Source: Lama glama
Lineage: Eukaryota
Direction of reading: 5' to 3'
Assembly: GCA_028534125.1 (NCBI GenBank)
Contig: CM052817.1
Location: forward strand, 26,414,001-26,478,000
DNA length: 64,000 bases
Shown: one piece after another, positions 63,015-64,000 of the stretch
Numbering within the stretch: the stretch's first letter is position 1
Layout: each line of letters opens with the position of its first letter
The notes under the pieces: generated by a model
Databases searched by the model: none
What the model saw: only the letters and a program-made list of their open reading frames with translations
What the model was told of the DNA's origin: nothing
Translations under genes and position numbers: made by a program

Positions 63015-64000
63015 AAGGTTGGTTGGTTGGCTGTTTTTTTAACTAAACTTTTATTTGAAATATCACATTCATAAAGGACAATGCACAAATAAGAATTATG
63101 TAGTGTAAAAGAGTTTTACAAAGTGAATACCTCTGTTTAGTCGTCACTCAGAGTTGAATTTTGAACAAAATATTGCTTGAAGTAATAAATATGGATTAGA
63201 GTAGAAATGGAAGTCTTAAGCAAAGAAATAATTAGAAATCCAAGAACAATATATTTGCTTAAAACTTCAGGCTAAATTTTGCCCTGGAAATATGATACTT
63301 GAAAAACAATCTGTGGATCTGCTGGAGTCTTAGGGCAACTTAATGAGCAGAATATGGAATGTTTGTGTGCATATGTATTTTATGCTTAAGGTCAAAACTT
63401 GTACTGTTTATAACCGAGGAACAAGAATCTATTGAATTCATTAAATCAACTCTTATTATTAACAGATTTTTTTTGTTGTTATGTTATTGTAGCTGTTGTT
63501 GACCTTCAGGATTTATATACTTGACTTCCACAGGCAGGAGCTGTGGTCTTTCAAGAGGCTCAGGTTCATTTGATATTTTAAAATCATCTGTTTGGAATAG
63601 TTTTCATAAGTTAACAATCGATTATCTTTAACAGTAAGACGGCAGTTCATGCTATAATGAGTGGATTTGCTAATGGCTATTCCTGAGGGTGCTATTCTAT
63701 AAAGCAATAGCTTTATGCCTCATTTTACTGATAAGGGAATAGGTACAGATAGGCAGAGTATTTGTCGTTGGTCCTATTACACAGTCATTTACTGGCAGAG
63801 CTGCTAACCAGACCAAAGCTGGCTGGCTTCAGAATATTTAGTTAATCTGGTTGTTGTGAAGATTCTTTGTTAATAAGTCACTTAACGCAATGCCTGAATC
63901 CATGTGTGTAATAATTGTTAGATATTATTAATATTATTGTTGTCATCATTATTTCAGAGAGAAATTCTGGTAGCACACGGACATTCTCTCCCCACAGAAG

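Noticed and set aside
60426..64000. Missing C-terminal Smr exons as truncation or pseudogenisation
   Set aside because: The window ends inside intron 16; all visible exons are intact and in frame

Overview
This is AT-rich mammalian genomic DNA, very probably from a camelid (Camelus/Vicugna/Lama), judging by four copies of a short tRNA-Ala-like SINE of the vic-1 type. Nearly the whole window is one + strand gene, N4BP2 (NEDD4-binding protein 2 / BCL3-binding protein). It has a CpG-island promoter and non-coding exon 1 (~0.8-2.4 kb) and a probable non-coding exon 2 (12399-12498). Fourteen coding exons (25870-60425) splice with GT-AG boundaries and consistent phases into a 5137-nt open frame. 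That frame encodes CUE-like motifs, a poly-Pro tract, a P-loop polynucleotide-kinase domain, DUF1771 and the start of the Smr domain. The last exons lie beyond the window. Introns hold ordinary eutherian repeats (L1, L2, MIR, MER3/MER20/MER58, MLT1, a MER74-like solo LTR), some nested with readable target-site duplications. I see no evidence of a new biological system. The most interesting points are regulatory or evolutionary: uORFs, one of which exists only across the exon2/exon3 junction; a recursive-splice-like CAG|GTAAAG exon 15 that is also CpG-rich; a palindromic CCAAT cluster in intron 1; a near-perfect 3x115-bp tandem triplication; and nested retroelement insertions. Exon numbering is my inference. 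Repeat family names come from recognition of consensus motifs, not from a database search.
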